A stretch of DNA of 64,000 nucleotides. Origin: Podarcis tiliguerta. Its lineage: Eukaryota. The first letter of the stretch is position 1. The number at the start of each line of letters is the position of its first letter. The notes below the pieces were generated by a model, which did not search any database, was not told the DNA's origin, and saw nothing but the letters and a program-made list of their open reading frames with translations. This document shows positions 29,918 to 44,001 of this stretch, piece after piece. The stretch lies in NCBI GenBank assembly GCA_965153285.1, contig OZ229113.1; one strand, given 5' to 3'. The position numbers were made by a program, and so were the translations under genes.

Positions 29918-30211
29918 CAGTGGTTCCCAAACCTTTCCCTCACATGGACCACTTGAAAATCGCTGATGGTCTTGGTGGACCACTTAGTGATTTTTCTGCC
30001 TGTAGTAGCAAATGTAGTATCCTGTTCTAGATACTATATCACTTTTGATTGCGTCTATTACTTCTTCTATTTCTTACGCTGTATTTTATCAGATTACAAT
30101 TTGCATTCCAAAATACAATTAAAAGACCATTAAAATTAATAGGAATATTTCATGCAGACATGCTGCGGGCCACCTGAACAAAAGTCATGGACCACAGTTT
30201 GGAAGCCCCTG
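29918..30211. mobile_element. hAT-Charlie-like non-autonomous DNA transposon
   Basis: Ends CAGTGGTTCCCAAAC / GTTTGGAAGCCCCTG, repeated GGACCAC subterminal motifs, degenerate flanks ATACAGAC / GTGTAGAC. Appears to sit inside an older SINE (~29780-30265). Confidence 0.7.
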
Positions 30212-31045
30212 GTGTAGACAATGGACCACCAGCCTGACCAGGCATAAGGCAGCTTTCTATGCTCCTGTACACACTTGCTATGCACAACCAGGGCCACTTG
30301 TCCATTGCTGCCTTCCTTCCTGGTAAAGAAAATGTTGCCTCCTGGATTTTTAGTTTCTTTCTCCCCTGCGTTAAGGGAAGAAAAGAAAAACATCTTTGCA
30401 AGAAATATTCTTCACTTCCCCAGGAAAAAGTATGGGAGGGAAAGGGAAAGGAGGTGACATGCATGATACCACACACATCCTCCGCTATCTTTATATCAGT
30501 TGCATAATCTTATGTTGCAATGTTATTTAACTGTAACAGAAAGGGTTATTGAGGCCTGGGGCAAAAGTTTTTGCAACTATATAGCAAGGTGTTTCCTGGG
30601 TTTTCAGACCCTGTGGTTCAGCAAAGGTGCAATAATAACCCATCTGGTAAAACCGAGATAAAGCTCTCCTCAGGGCTATGCTATTATCTTTGAGATAACT
30701 AGGCAGGCCTTCTACTTAAATGTGGGATTTGGAATTCAGAGATCCTATAAGATTTTTTGTGTGTGCTTTCTCTAGTTTCCCCTATCATGGCCTTTCGATT
30801 TCAAGCATATATTTTGAGAATGCATATGCAAGAATATGAAGTCAGTGCACAGAAATCTCATTGAATAAGGTCAGGAGTACACCATGTCCTTTTTTGAGAT
30901 GTACTTAATATGCACAGACTTCCAAAGGTTATAATAAAAATAATCATTATATTATTTGTACCCTGCCCATTGACTGGGTTGCCACTTGCCCTTCATACCC
31001 TTTTTCTGGGTGAATTTGTCATCATTTGCTGCTCAGGGCACTCCT

Positions 31046-31273
31046 GAGAGCCAGTGCACTGTAGTGGATAGAGGGTTGGACTAGGCCCTGGAAGACCAGG
31101 ATTCAAACTTCAGTCAGCCATAAAGCTCATTGGGTGACTTTCAGCCAGTCACTTGCTCTCAGCCTAGCATACTTCGCATGATGTTGTGAGGATAAAATGG
31201 GGAGGAGAGGATGCATGCCCCCTTAAGCTCCTTGGAGGAAATGTGAGATATAAATGTAACAAACAAACAAACA
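31046..31273 (+). mobile_element. MIR-like/CORE SINE
   Basis: tRNA-like head with B box GATTCAAAC, GGGTGACTTT core, GATATAAATG(AAAC)n tail. Degenerate reverse copies at ~54215-54420 and ~63000-63135. Confidence 0.7.
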
Positions 31274-31465
31274 AGGTAAGCACTGCGAAGCCCTTATTAC
31301 AGCACTCTCTTCCATTTATTTGCTATATCTAAGGGACTCAGTTAAAATGAGTAAGCTCTGCCTGTCCCACACATGCTGGTGATTCACATCAGCCACAACT
31401 GTAGGGAACAGCGCGATCTGTTCCCACAGTACTCAGATTATCAAACAGTAGCTCAAATAGCAGTA

Positions 31466-31706
31466 CAGCGTTATCTCTGTTGACCAACTTAGTCCGTTCC
31501 GGAAGTCTGTTCTTAAACTGAAACCATTCTTAAACCGAGGTGTGCTTTCCCTAACGAGGCCTCCTGCCACCAGTGCCCTTCCACCGTTTGGATTCTGTTC
31601 TTAGACTGAGGTAAAGTTCTCAATCCAAGACACTATTTCCGGTTTTGCTGAGTTTGTAAACCAAATTGTTCTTAAATCGGACTGTTCTTAAACCGAGGTA
31701 CCACTG
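31466..31706. mobile_element. Tigger/mariner-type MITE
   Basis: TA-flanked; right TIR AAACCGAGGTACCACTG, degenerate left TIR CAGCGTTATCTCTGTTG; internal repeats of GTTCTTAAAC. Confidence 0.75.
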
Positions 31707-33142
31707 TATTCCATTCCTATAGAAACAAAGCATAACTAAGGTGATAATATTGTGCAAATCATCAGCACCCACACTACTACCCCCACCACATGTCTGCCAT
31801 GTTTTGTTTCACTGCCAAGGGACTATAAACAACAACAAAAATTTCTGCCATTAACAACCCAACTCTGCACAGCTTTGCTATCTGGTAATGGGCTGTTGCT
31901 GTCAACAGAGTAAGACCCCCCCAGATTGATACTTTATGGTGGGTGTATTCTGCAACATGTAGTGCATTGACAGTGGATTTATTCTGCTTTGGTTTGTTCT
32001 GCAATGCTTCCTCCAGTGCTAGCCCATTATTGCTGTCTCGAGGGGCTATCGCACATCAAAAGTGGGACAAAAAGAAAGCAGAACACTTGTGGTATGAAAA
32101 GTTAAGGGATTTCAGAAGGAAGTTATGGGATATTCACTGAATGGTAATGAAGCAGTGTGATTGCCCCATAACTTTTGCAGGTGCAAACAATTTTTAAAGT
32201 AGAAACACATACGACTGCCTCAGTAGCATCATGAATACACAATTCACCATGAATACACAATAAAAAGGATGCCTGGAGAGACTCACAGCAAACCATGCTG
32301 TTATTCCAGTTCACCATTCATTTATTATATTTGCATCCCACCTTTCCAAGTGATTGTCGAAGACACCTAACATTAAACTATAAAGCCGCATACCAAGGAC
32401 AAGCCTATTAAAAAGCCATAGTGTAAACAAATGAACAGAAATCCACTTTGCTTTGGGTGTGTGAACAAGTCTGGAATTGTGGTCAGCTGCTTCGAATAGT
32501 GTAGCTGAAATATGAAACAGCACATGCCCTTTTCATCTAGCTATAGAACAATTCACTTTATAAGCTTGTAAAGGTTCCTTTACACAACACCGAATTTATG
32601 GGAAATCCCCATGAAGGTTATAAGATGTGACGATCCTACCTACAGCTCTCTTGATGCATCTGCATGAGCTGCATTGTTACTACGTACTTTTGTTTTGGCC
32701 TAAACTGCCAGCTGGCATCTCCCCCCCATTGATTTTATTTGCTTATTTAAGACCTTTCCCCACCAACTGCCCTACAAAACAACATAAAAAAATAACATTT
32801 TTTAAAAATTATGAACATTGTAATCACAAAACAAATCACAAAACATCACCGCTACCACTGCTGCCAACTCGGGCAGCCATTGGAGGAAGTCATCAGTGGC
32901 TGCTAGTTGTGATTGCTGTAAAGCACTTCCAGTATCAGAGGCAGTAGGTCTCTGAATATGAGCTGCTGGGGAACATGAGTGGCAGAGGGCCACTGTGCCC
33001 ATGTCCTGCTTGTGGGCTTCTCATGGGCATCAGGATGGTGAACAGGACCAGGTAGGCTTTTGGTCCAATCTGACAGGGCCCTTATTCTCTTCTTAATGCA
33101 GCCAGTGCCACATAGGTTTAACGGGACATACCTTCAACTGAT

Positions 33143-33490
33143 GGGATGCGGGTGGCTCTGTGGGTTAAACCACAGAGCCTAGGGCTTGTCAATCAGAAGG
33201 TCGGCGGTTTGAACCCCCGTGACGGGGTGAGCTCAGTCCCTGCTCCTGCCAACCTAGCAGTTTGAAAGCACGTCAAAGTGCAAGTAGATAAATAGGTACC
33301 ACTCCGGTGGGAAGGTAAACAGCATTTCCATGCGCTGCTCTGGTTCGCCAGAAGCAGCTTAGTCATGCTGGCCACATGACTCGGAAGCTGTACGCCGGCT
33401 CCCTTGGCCGATAAAGCGAGATGAGCACCGCAACCCCAGAGTTGGCCACGACTGGACCTAATGGTCAGGGGTCCCTTTACCTTTACTTTA
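33143..33490 (+). mobile_element. Sauria SINE
   Basis: Same body as 15484-15836; TSD TACCTTCA(A/G)CTGA (33129-33141 / 33489-33501). Confidence 0.93.
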
Positions 33491-36400
33491 CCTTCAGCTG
33501 AATCTGGGACTTTTCCAGTGCAAAGCATATGCTTTGCCAGTGAGCTAACAGTCCTCCTAAATGGAATGGCTATTCTCATTTGGAGGTTGCATTTTGGCTG
33601 AGGGAGAAAAGTTTCCCTTTCCAAACTCTGCATCTGGGTTGAGTGTCCATCAAGCCTTCCTCTCTCTCTCCCCCGTGCAGTCTGTCCTCGTTATGTTGCC
33701 ACACTCTCCAACACCACTCTTTCTGCCTCTGTAGCCTATCCAATAATGTTGATTAGGCTCCAGGGCAGAAGCAACGTTTTGCACTTTCTTCGAGGACAAG
33801 GTTTCAGTTTGGGAGAAAACTCAACCTTACTTTCTTTAATAATTCAACTGGCAGTATTGTGTAGATACTCTTAACTGCTACTTAAAAGTAATTAATTGAT
33901 TTTCTGACATATCAGTTAACAATGTATTGCACTGACATGAAGTTGTGATTCGGCTGTTGATTGGGCTGGATGACTAGATGCATCATGCTCAGTTCAGGAG
34001 TTTCGCGCTGAAGGCACTAAAAATATTCACCTATAAAAGGAAAGGAATCTGAAGGGCGCTGTTGTCCGAAACTCTTTTAGATTTATCTGCAGCTTTAGTT
34101 GAAATAAAATATTGCATTATTATTTATAGCATGTTGCTAGTATTTATATATCCAATGGTAGGCTTGGCAATACATTTCCTCTCAGCACAAGGCGCCAACC
34201 ACTACTGCCTCCCCCCCCTCTCCCTACAGACACCCAGGACAGGCCTTTAAATCAGCATTCCTCTCTGTAGTCCTCTTGTAGTTATAAAACAATGAGGGAC
34301 AGAAATGGGTATGAAAAAAATGAGGAGCATTGTCAAGCAAAGAGCCTGTTTCCCATCTCTGGCCACTCATGACCATGGAGCTGTGGACCACTGATGTGCC
34401 CCCCATATAGTAGTAGGATAGGCATCATATCTATGCCACGTGACCTTGGGCCACTGGATGGATTCTTCCCCTGCCCCATTGGAAGAAGACCATCAGGGCA
34501 AAGTGGAGACCAACCTGTACCCATTCATTGTCCAATGAAGGAATAGTAGTTGGGAATGTGCTTTTTGTAGTTTTAAGTTGTTCTAAACTGCTTTTTAATA
34601 TTGTGCAATACAGTGTTTTAACATACACTCTGTTAGGATGAGACATAAATACATATAGTAAATCGATTTGTCCCGATTTCAAGCTTTGGCTTGAGAACTT
34701 TATGTGTTCAGCAGATACCATGGCGTGTTTAAGCTTTAGGAGAAAGATAACCGGGAGACTCTTGGCAGCTTCAGTAAATGCATATTCTGTGAGGTGTTTA
34801 GGTTAGGACTAGGGGAAGTCTGGAGATAAAAGAGAGAGAGAGAAGGGAACGACTATCAATAATTAATGCCCCCTGCAGATGAGAGAAAGTATCAAGATTT
34901 TGCTGAAGTCATTGATTGATTTTCTGACACAACTGCTGAAAAGGTGCAGAGGCAGGCACTCGGAGCGAAGTGTCAGATAAACGATCCATTGTTAAATGGG
35001 ATTCTGCTGTTTAGTTACTAACACAGTTTGGTGTTTCATTGATTACAGCTGGAGGTCTGTGTTAGGCCCTCGCAGTGGCCGATATAGGCCAAATTGACAG
35101 GCAGCTGTCAGGGTAGAAAATGGCACCATAACCAAGTATTGCTCTTTATGGGCAGTTCTACAACAGTAGTGTAGAACTGCCCGTAAACCCTTTTCGAGAA
35201 TTCCATAGAAGACTTCTTTGAGCAGACTGCAACAGAAGAGAAAATCTCACTCTAGACATTTATTTCTTCCAGATCAAAGTGCTGTTGGGGAGAATTATTA
35301 CTGTGCCAGACTTCCGTTCACTGTTTATTATTATACTGCCTTCCTCCTCAAGGTCTTGAAATTAGAAACTGTACATTATAGGTATGGGGAAGAAGAAATG
35401 CTGTATCAGGCCCATTTCCACCAGGATGGTTTTTCTACAAGTCTAGTAAACTTCCTAAAAACCCATAACCAATGGGTCCTATCGGGATGACTGTTCAACA
35501 AGTATGCATGCCGTGATCACTCACTGAAACACACACAGAAGAGACACACAGTTTTCCTGCACACCCCTGTTCATATTTCCACCCCTCCCATTGCTAGAAT
35601 CTCCTGATCTGATGTTTTGAGAAAGGAGGGGGTGGAAACTGTTCTTCTACTCTTCCGCTCCTGCCTGACTCTGTGTGTGGAGAGAGTCTTATCTATGTAG
35701 TGACTAGATGGCTGAGTGGGAGATATAACACTCATGCAAGCCAGCAGTTCTTTAGTTTGTAGTAGCTATTAGAAATAAAAGGAGTTATGCTTCACAGCTA
35801 GCGTCCGCGTCATTTATGCTCTGCATGAGTCTGGTGCTCACAATGCACAGTTGTGGGTCCAGTGCAGTGGGACCTGCTTTCCAGGATTGGAAGGTCTCTG
35901 AAAGTGATCCAGTCGCTTAGCCCAGTCGGGGCAGAACCAGTTATTGAGAACGGTCGCTGACATCTGTTGAAAGGCGTACTGACAACCCCCAGGATTACAT
36001 TATACAGGAGAAAAATAAGTCACTATACAGTACACCTACCGGCACCAAACTCAACACTTCCTGAAAAACAGGTCGTAGGGAGAAGATGCCTTTCATTAGA
36101 TGTTCTCAGTCATTATACCTTTGACTTTGTTCAACGCTGTATACATAATTACTGAAACATGAGGAAAGCGGTGTGAATTCATGCATCACGGAGAACTTTA
36201 TTCCCAATATGCAAAGGAATTAAACAAAATCATCATTAAGAAGTGGATCTAATTACAGCATTGGAATGAGGTGGGCGGAGGCAGATTTGCCCTCAATGGT
36301 CAGTTGCTTTGTGTACAACTCTTATGGAATTCAAAGTCACCAGATAGGGGCCTTGACTTGAATATCCCTCATCCCAGCTAGCTGAAGTCTTAACACAGAC

Positions 36401-39400
36401 AAAGAACTGAGATAGTTATGGGACAGATCAGAAGAAAAAGAAGGCAGCGTATATGCCTCTTCAACACAGTAGTTTAGTAATTCAGTCTGTTTCCTACTGC
36501 TGCCAACTGGAGTGCAGCGCAGAGTGGAAAAACATTTGTGAGCTGCCCCCACCCCCAGTTAAATTGCAGCCCTCCTACCTAAGTCAATGGAAATGTCTTA
36601 TTGATTTGAATGGAACAGGCATGTTTCCTGGTCTCTTGTACCCAATCACTCTTTCCTACTGGTGTCTGAGCAACATCTATTATGCACAAGAACAAATATT
36701 TCCAGGCACAGAGAATGATCCCTATTTTACAAGCTTACTCTATGAGATCTGGTAAGAAGCATTACTGTCAGTTATTGCAGCCCTCAGAACTTCTGCTTTC
36801 CAATGAAAAAACACACAAAGGCATCCAGTGTTTTCTACATTCACTGAAATGATAGCAAATGGCTGTTGGGAGACTCTATGCAAATTCCACTCAAATGTTC
36901 CAGGTTTCTTACTAGCTAAGAGCTTGCCATGTGACATTTCATCAGGCAATAAAAGATAATGCATTTTCCAGGGGGCGGGGATGCAAATCTCAGAGGTTTT
37001 ATTGTAGGCTTCTATTGTGTATGGTATTATGAATCTCTCAGGTGAATGTAAATTCAGTATTTCAGAGCTGTACTAAAAACAACTGAAAGAATTATCACTC
37101 TGCCATATAAGCCATGTCTTTGATGCCCAGTTTTTAAAAAGGAAACCTACCTTATAAAGTATATATTAGTGGAACTGGACTTCGTTCATTTCAAGGGGTT
37201 AATAACGGTATACAGAGGGTATGGCATATGGAAATTTTTACCACTGTCTTCTACACATAAGCATGACAGGAATAGACAGTGCTAGGTGTATACCATGTGC
37301 TATTTTAGCATTTGTGTTTTGTATATTGTGCTATTTTGTATATTCCTTTCTGATAGCTGCTATTTGAGAAGAGTCTTTGTTAGTCTATTTTTGATGATAG
37401 TATTTTAAATCAAAGACAGGGTGGTTAGTGTGCATTTGTGTGTGCTTGCGTGCTCTTTACTTTAGTCATGTTCCTTTTTTGGCATTATCTGGTGCAATCT
37501 CACTTCTAATTAAATGTATGCTTCTTCCTTTGGCCTTAAAAGGAAAAATGAGTTGTCTGATTCTCAGAAAACAATTCTTAATTATCTGCCATATTTGTTC
37601 AACATAATCAAACACGTGACTCTGAGGAAAAAATCATAGTAAGAAAATTTATGTGTGTGAAATAGTGAGGGTGCCACGTTATAGCACAAAAAGTTATACA
37701 TTTTGACAAACCCTTTTACAAAATCAAATTTTCTAGGATTCAGGTTTGATACCAGGACTTAGCCAGTCTGTTTTGGCAGAAGCTGCTTGAGCTGCATCTC
37801 TCCCAGTTTGGGCTTTTGGTTTTTTTGCTCCCATCTTTGGATAAGCTTTCCTATATAACAGTCCTGCTTTAGGTCAATTATCTCAAGTTATTTGTTTCGG
37901 CCTCTGTATATAGTTTGTGGTCTACTTTCTTTGACTCTCAGGCCTTAACTCAGATCCACCAAGTCAAACACAGCCCACCATCAGTGCATTATTGTCCTGC
38001 AAGCTTTTTGGCCCTGGGGTACAGTTCTGGCTTATCTCCTACTTGCCTCTTTAAAAATCTGCAGTTCACTCAGCTCCTGCTTCTTATAGGCAGACAGACC
38101 ACATGGCTCCCACTAAATCACAATGCACAAGTTGTGGAAACCTTGTTAACTACCAGGGGAATTGGGCAATTCTGGCAGTCAGTAGCAGTCAGTGCAGTGC
38201 AGCTGCAGTCTTTACCTGATTCACCACTGCATAATGGGCAGAGAGCATGAGGGGGGTGGCTGCAGAGAGGCTGCACAGTGCAAATGCACTGGCAGAGCCA
38301 ATACACTGCTCCTGTCAGTGCGTTTGCACCTCACTGACCTTACCACACCTCCTGTGACAGGTATGCAGTAGCAACTCAGCTGGAAGGAGGTAAGTGGTAC
38401 AGTCCCACGAAGCTGTCAGCTGCTGCTGTCAGTCATTAGTGCTGTTATAACCCCACCTTCCAACTTCCAAAAGGTGATAACAGCACTCATCTGATTGGCT
38501 GCTCAGAGCCACCTGTCAATCAGAGCCCCCCCCACCCCCGGGTTCAAAAGCTATTTAAAATGGAATGTTGACAATATACCTTTGCCCCTCATCACCCATA
38601 TGATCACCCATGATGCTGCAATACTCATGAGGAGATCAGAGGCCTAGTTGAAAGTAGGTGCCTAGGGTAGTTGGAATATTAATCTTCTTTCATGTACCAT
38701 TCTGCCCTTCCTCCCTAAGCAATATTCTTAATAGATGCTGTTAGAATTGGCTGCTGGGGTTTGAAGCATGTTCATGGCTGCTCCTGAGAGATTGTGTTCT
38801 TCTCACTGCGACCAGGTCTCTTGGACCCATGCTACACATTCATGTCTAAGGAGAATGCCCTGTTCTTCAGGAAGGCACAGATGGAGCCTGGATGCTCCCT
38901 CATCCGATTAGCCTTGAGAATTGCCCTTGTCTCAAGGTCAAGGGAAAAATGAAGGGCTGCATACAATACATGCAAATGAAGTTTTGGATATGGGAGCTAC
39001 TCCTGTTCCCAGGCAGGGAGAGGTGAGGTCTTGGGCTCTCCACTACAGAAACTGGAGATTTATGGAGCCTCTTGTAGATCACTGGTTGTATTTGGAATGA
39101 TGGATCATAAGATAATCTTAAAATATCCCTCTGGAATCACACTTGGCTCTCCAACTTCTGATGCTCATAAAAAGCACTATTTCAGATTTCAGCCAAAGGC
39201 AAGATTAACAAGGCCCACTCTTGGATATGTGCAGGATTCAATTGTGAAAAAAAACCAATGACTTTTAAGATAGCTTGTTGTGATTATTTTCTCTTTTAAA
39301 AACCCACAGAATCTAGACCAATGGAATATGGCAAACAGGACCCTCTTCTCTGAAGCAAAAATATGCATAGCTTTTGACATATATACCTTACATATTGGTC

Positions 39401-39930
39401 CCTTTTCAAATGCTTATAACAGAAGTGGTGAACCCCCAGCCCATGGGTTAGATGTGCCTTGCAGCAAGATTTGATTCAACTCTCTGGGTCACTTCTGAAT
39501 TCTCTATTGTGCAGCTGAAGGGAAATGGGACTTTGATGTTGTACAAAGTATACAATTATGGCTCCATCCTCTGCATGAATATAAGCTCTGAAAAGATCCA
39601 AGCAGAGGGAGAAATATCTCAGCAGGCTTGTGTTCCTTGCAAATATGCAAAAATTTGTCCATGCATTCAGCAACTGCATGTATGCAATTTTTGGGATGCA
39701 ATTGCATTTTGATTTTTGAGGCTCTGAATAGTTGCAAGTCAGAGCTTAGAGTTTAGTTTATTTGCATCCTTCTGCTGGGATTACTGAGTTTCATTTTACT
39801 TTTGAATAGTCAGAATAGTTAAAGGAAGTCAAAGAGATTTCCCTTGAAAATTGAAAAAAAGTCAGTGACAAAAATGGAAAGTGAAACATGAGTGGAATTA
39901 ACTATATACTTCTTTCTCCATGGGAAATAG

Positions 39931-39932
<2 letters not shown>

Positions 39933-39963
<31 letters not shown>
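39933..39963 (+). repeat. (GT)n microsatellite
   Basis: Read directly. Confidence 0.95.
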
Positions 39964-39964
<1 letters not shown>

Positions 39965-41135
39965 ATGAGTGGGTCTGACCCTGTACTAGGAATGCAAGAA
40001 GACATCATTTTCCATTCTGCCCTGTATTAATTGCATCACTTTATTCTGGACTGTTTCCATTCTGGTGCAGTTCATCCTCTAACAAAAGCTACACTATTCA
40101 TCTAGCTATCCACTATGGCAAAACTCCACCATTTACGCAATTTATTTATTAATTAAATTTCTATGCTGCCTTTCCTCCAGGGATCACAGAGTGGTTTACA
40201 ATATAAAAACACAAAATGTGTTTGCATATGGAAAGTAGTAACAGAATTCCCTGGACTGATTTCTGTTCTGGATATGGGATGTACATGCTCCTGTTTCTGT
40301 TTTCTGAGGAATTCTGGCATCCCTAGCCCTGCCCATTCCTGGAATGCAACCCTCTTACAACTTTCCATCAGGAAATGCAACCCTGGGTCCGGAGAAAAAA
40401 TTCTCACCTTGGTTTATAATGAGGTACCTATTCAATCCTGAAATGGTGTAAATACTGAAAAAACCAAAAGTGAAAACAAGCGTAAGGTTTTGGCTTGCCA
40501 TGTTATGACAAGTAACTATCTTGTTTCCATCTTCACATCAAACAGTGGTTCTGGATCTGGTGTCTCGTCCTACTGCTGATGGTAATACAGCAACAAACAT
40601 GGTGATGTGCAACAAACTGATGTGCAGATTGCTTACTGGGGTAACCAATGTGTTGCCATTGTTACCTTCCAGCTCCCATCAGCTGGCTTGGCCAATGGCC
40701 AAGGATGAAGGGAGTTGTACCTCAGGAGATTTTGAGGGCACTCTTGAGGTAGCGCATTGAAGAAAGGTAGCATTCAAACTACCCTTAGCTGAACTCAATG
40801 GAAAAATTAAATTAAACTACTTCTCCTTCTCCTTCTTTTTGAAAGGAATTGGCTTGCACCCAGAAATACTAAGCTGTTGTGCTCCTTACAATGAGACAGT
40901 CAAAGTTATGACTATTTGGTTTACTGCATGCCTTGAATCATGAAAGTTTATAGCCATTCTAAGGTTGTTGCTTTATCTGTATATCCTATCTGACCATGGA
41001 AAGGCTTTGAATTACTGTAATAGAAGCCAGGCAATGCTATTGAAATATGGGTACACTTAAATGGTACGCCTCTTTGATTTACATAACTGGGAGTCTTGGT
41101 TCATCTTCACTCAGGATAAATTGGAAGGGGGGAAA

Positions 41136-41138
<3 letters not shown>

Positions 41139-41174
<36 letters not shown>
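41139..41174 (+). repeat. (AT)n microsatellite
   Basis: Read directly. Confidence 0.95.
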
Positions 41175-41176
<2 letters not shown>

Positions 41177-42331
41177 CTCTGGTTGTTTATTTATAAACAT
41201 GTGACATTTACCTAGAATGGTTTCTGAGAAAGAGTTCTATCATTTCCTTAATATGTTTCCTATTAGCGCTTATCTTGGCTAAATTTAAACTTTTCTGGAA
41301 GAGAGACCAAAAACATCGTCAACTGTTTAAATAACAAAATACAAACCACATGAAGCAATGGAAGTTGCTGGCGCAAAATCTAACAGTAGTGCTTGGTAGC
41401 AAACTTGTCTCCTGTGGCACAGATGTTCACGATCGTAAATGGAAATAGAATCTGTACTAACGCAAGAGAGCTTAGAAACAGATTAAATGTTAGAATGATG
41501 TATAGGCCCCAGACCTGACTTATCTTTCTTAAACAACCAAGTTTGTTTTAAGGAGCATTAGTGTGTCATTTTTTTTAAATGTAAAAAATAATAATACTGT
41601 ACATAACAGTAGCAAGAAATCTTCCTCTCTCTCTCTTTTTCATTTTCTCCGAACAGTCTAGAATTGTTCCTCAACCTTCAGGCACTTTTCTAAACGTAGT
41701 CTGAATGGTTAATTATTGCCAGGTCTCTAGAAAAATGCTGGGTTGCAGATACTTGACTTTAAGGCTCTGGAAGCATTAGGGGATGGATTTAGAAGAGCCC
41801 CACAGAGTACGTACTTTATAGCTCTTGGGCAAACACCCTTGGTTTGAAGATGAACCTGTGGTTATTTGAACTCGAGAGAAAGCTACATTTTGTTTCAAGA
41901 GGCAACATGTTTGCTTTTGATGTGTAGAATAATAACCAACATATCCATTAGAGTTGAGCAAAATCCAGAGGGAGCCACGGACCCCCGAGAAAAGGGCTTT
42001 CCCCACTGACAACTTTTCCACACCCCTTTGCAGAAGGATGCAAAACTGTCTATAAGGGAACATTTGTTGGGATAAGGAGGGGAAACACTTCCCTGTTATC
42101 AAAGCAGCTAGGCTGATATCAGAGGCGATTTTAGGGTGGTGTGAACTGCTGCGGTCACATTGGGCACTGCGCTGCAGGTCCCGCCAAACAATGCTGTAGA
42201 ACGGAGCACAATAGATGGGGTGGGGTGCTGAATTTTAGCATCACACAGGGCACTGTTGAAATTTGAGAGCCCCAAGTCTGCCACACTGATATTCCCTCAC
42301 AATGGGAAAACCATAAAACTATACACTTGGC

Positions 42332-42389
42332 GTGCTCTGGTCCATGGGGTCACGAAGAGTTGGACACGACTAAATGACTAAACAACAAC
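42332..42389 (+). mobile_element. Extremely 5'-truncated RTE-BovB LINE (3' end only)
   Basis: GTGCTCTGGTCCATGGGGTCACGAAGAGTTGGACACGACTAAATGACTAAAC(AAC)n resembles the BovB 3' terminus; 11-bp TSD ATACACTTGGC (42321-42331 / 42390-42400). Confidence 0.85.
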
Positions 42390-43596
42390 ATACACTTGGC
42401 TGTGTCTCTGGATGTAAGGAAGTATCCGACATGGTGCCTAAACAATGAGAATGAGTTCCTCCTTTGCTCCCAAGTTCCTGTTGCCTAAGCAATATAATGT
42501 TGGGGGTCCAGTCCATATTTTACGGGTGTCCCAGCCTCTGGGCCTGTTCTCTAGAGTTCTTTGTAAGACCCGGACTGGAGCTGGTACACTGGAGCCCAGA
42601 TAAAACATGGACTGTATTCCCAAGCACTACAGATATGAGTTCCTTCTTTGCCCTAGACTGGGGTAGGCTGTGACAAAGCATGATTCATTTAAAAAAATAA
42701 ATAAAAGAGAGGGAGGTGTTTGGTCAAACCTCCTATAATAGCAGTTTTCACAGCAAAAGCCTTACTTTCTGAAACCAGTCTGATAGTTTTTTCTATGTAT
42801 CTATACTGTGGTGGCTGGTTCCCTGGGTGAAACTGTGTTTACCAGCTTTTGGTGCTGGGGGGCAGTAATGGAGGCAGGTGCTGCCATAACCAGCAGTGTG
42901 CAAATGCATGGTTGATGTCGTCAGCCTGCCCACCCACCTCCTTGACCACATCCTGGCTGCAAAAGCCACAGCTCCCCTCCAGTGGCTTCCGTGTGGCAGA
43001 TTATTTTTATTTGTACCAGCTACATTGAGGGTGCATTACAAAATGTGGCAGTAGCCACAATAATCTTGACAGTTTATATGGCGAGACGAAGGGCTGCTTC
43101 ACACATTACATTTTTAGATGTACATTTGCACATCTTTCCTGAACGTCCATACAGAAATAGAAAGACCTACACAAGTTCCTTTAGTGTGGTCAAACAATAA
43201 ATAAAGAGCAACTGGTTGCAAAAGGCCTTGCTCTGTCTCTCACTCTGACTTTAGGGCAGCATGATGAATTCTCTCGAGAAGCAACAGTGCAAGTGATGGG
43301 AGACTGAGAAAATATTGGCGGCAGAAGTGAGTACATACAGTATAAAGTCACTTCAGTGCCATGCTGCTTACATACATGCTTAGGAACCAGTTAGATGCAC
43401 ATCAAAGTAGCACAAAATCTCTTTCTTCTGCAGCCTACAGCTGCAATCATAAAACCACTTCCTTTGTCATCATCTTCCTTGGAAACGTCCTTGTAGCCAC
43501 AGCCAAATACAAAGGGAAAGACCATTAAGGATAGCTGCTTAAGCATGCCTAATTCTTTGCTGGCTTTTGACCACAGTTTTCCAATTTCCTACATTA

Positions 43597-43955
43597 AAAT
43601 TGGTTCCTCATCATCCTGGATAAAAGTGACAAGTCGGGTGCTGCAGAGTTCTGTCCTGGGCCTGTTATTGGTCAACATCTTTATAAATGACTTGGCTGAA
43701 GGTATTGAGGGGATGCACATCAAATTTGCAGATGGCATCAAACTAGGAGGGGTAGCCAATGCCACAGAAGACAGAATTGGGATTTAAGATTACCTTAACA
43801 GATTGGACAAAACTAACTAAGTGAATTTCAGCAGGGACAAATGTGAGGTTCTGCACTTAGGCAGGAAGAACCAACTGCAGAAATATAAGATGGGAATACC
43901 TGGATTGCCAATGAAAAGGATCTAGAGGTCTTAGTAGATCAGACCACAAACTTAA

Positions 43956-44001
<46 letters not shown>

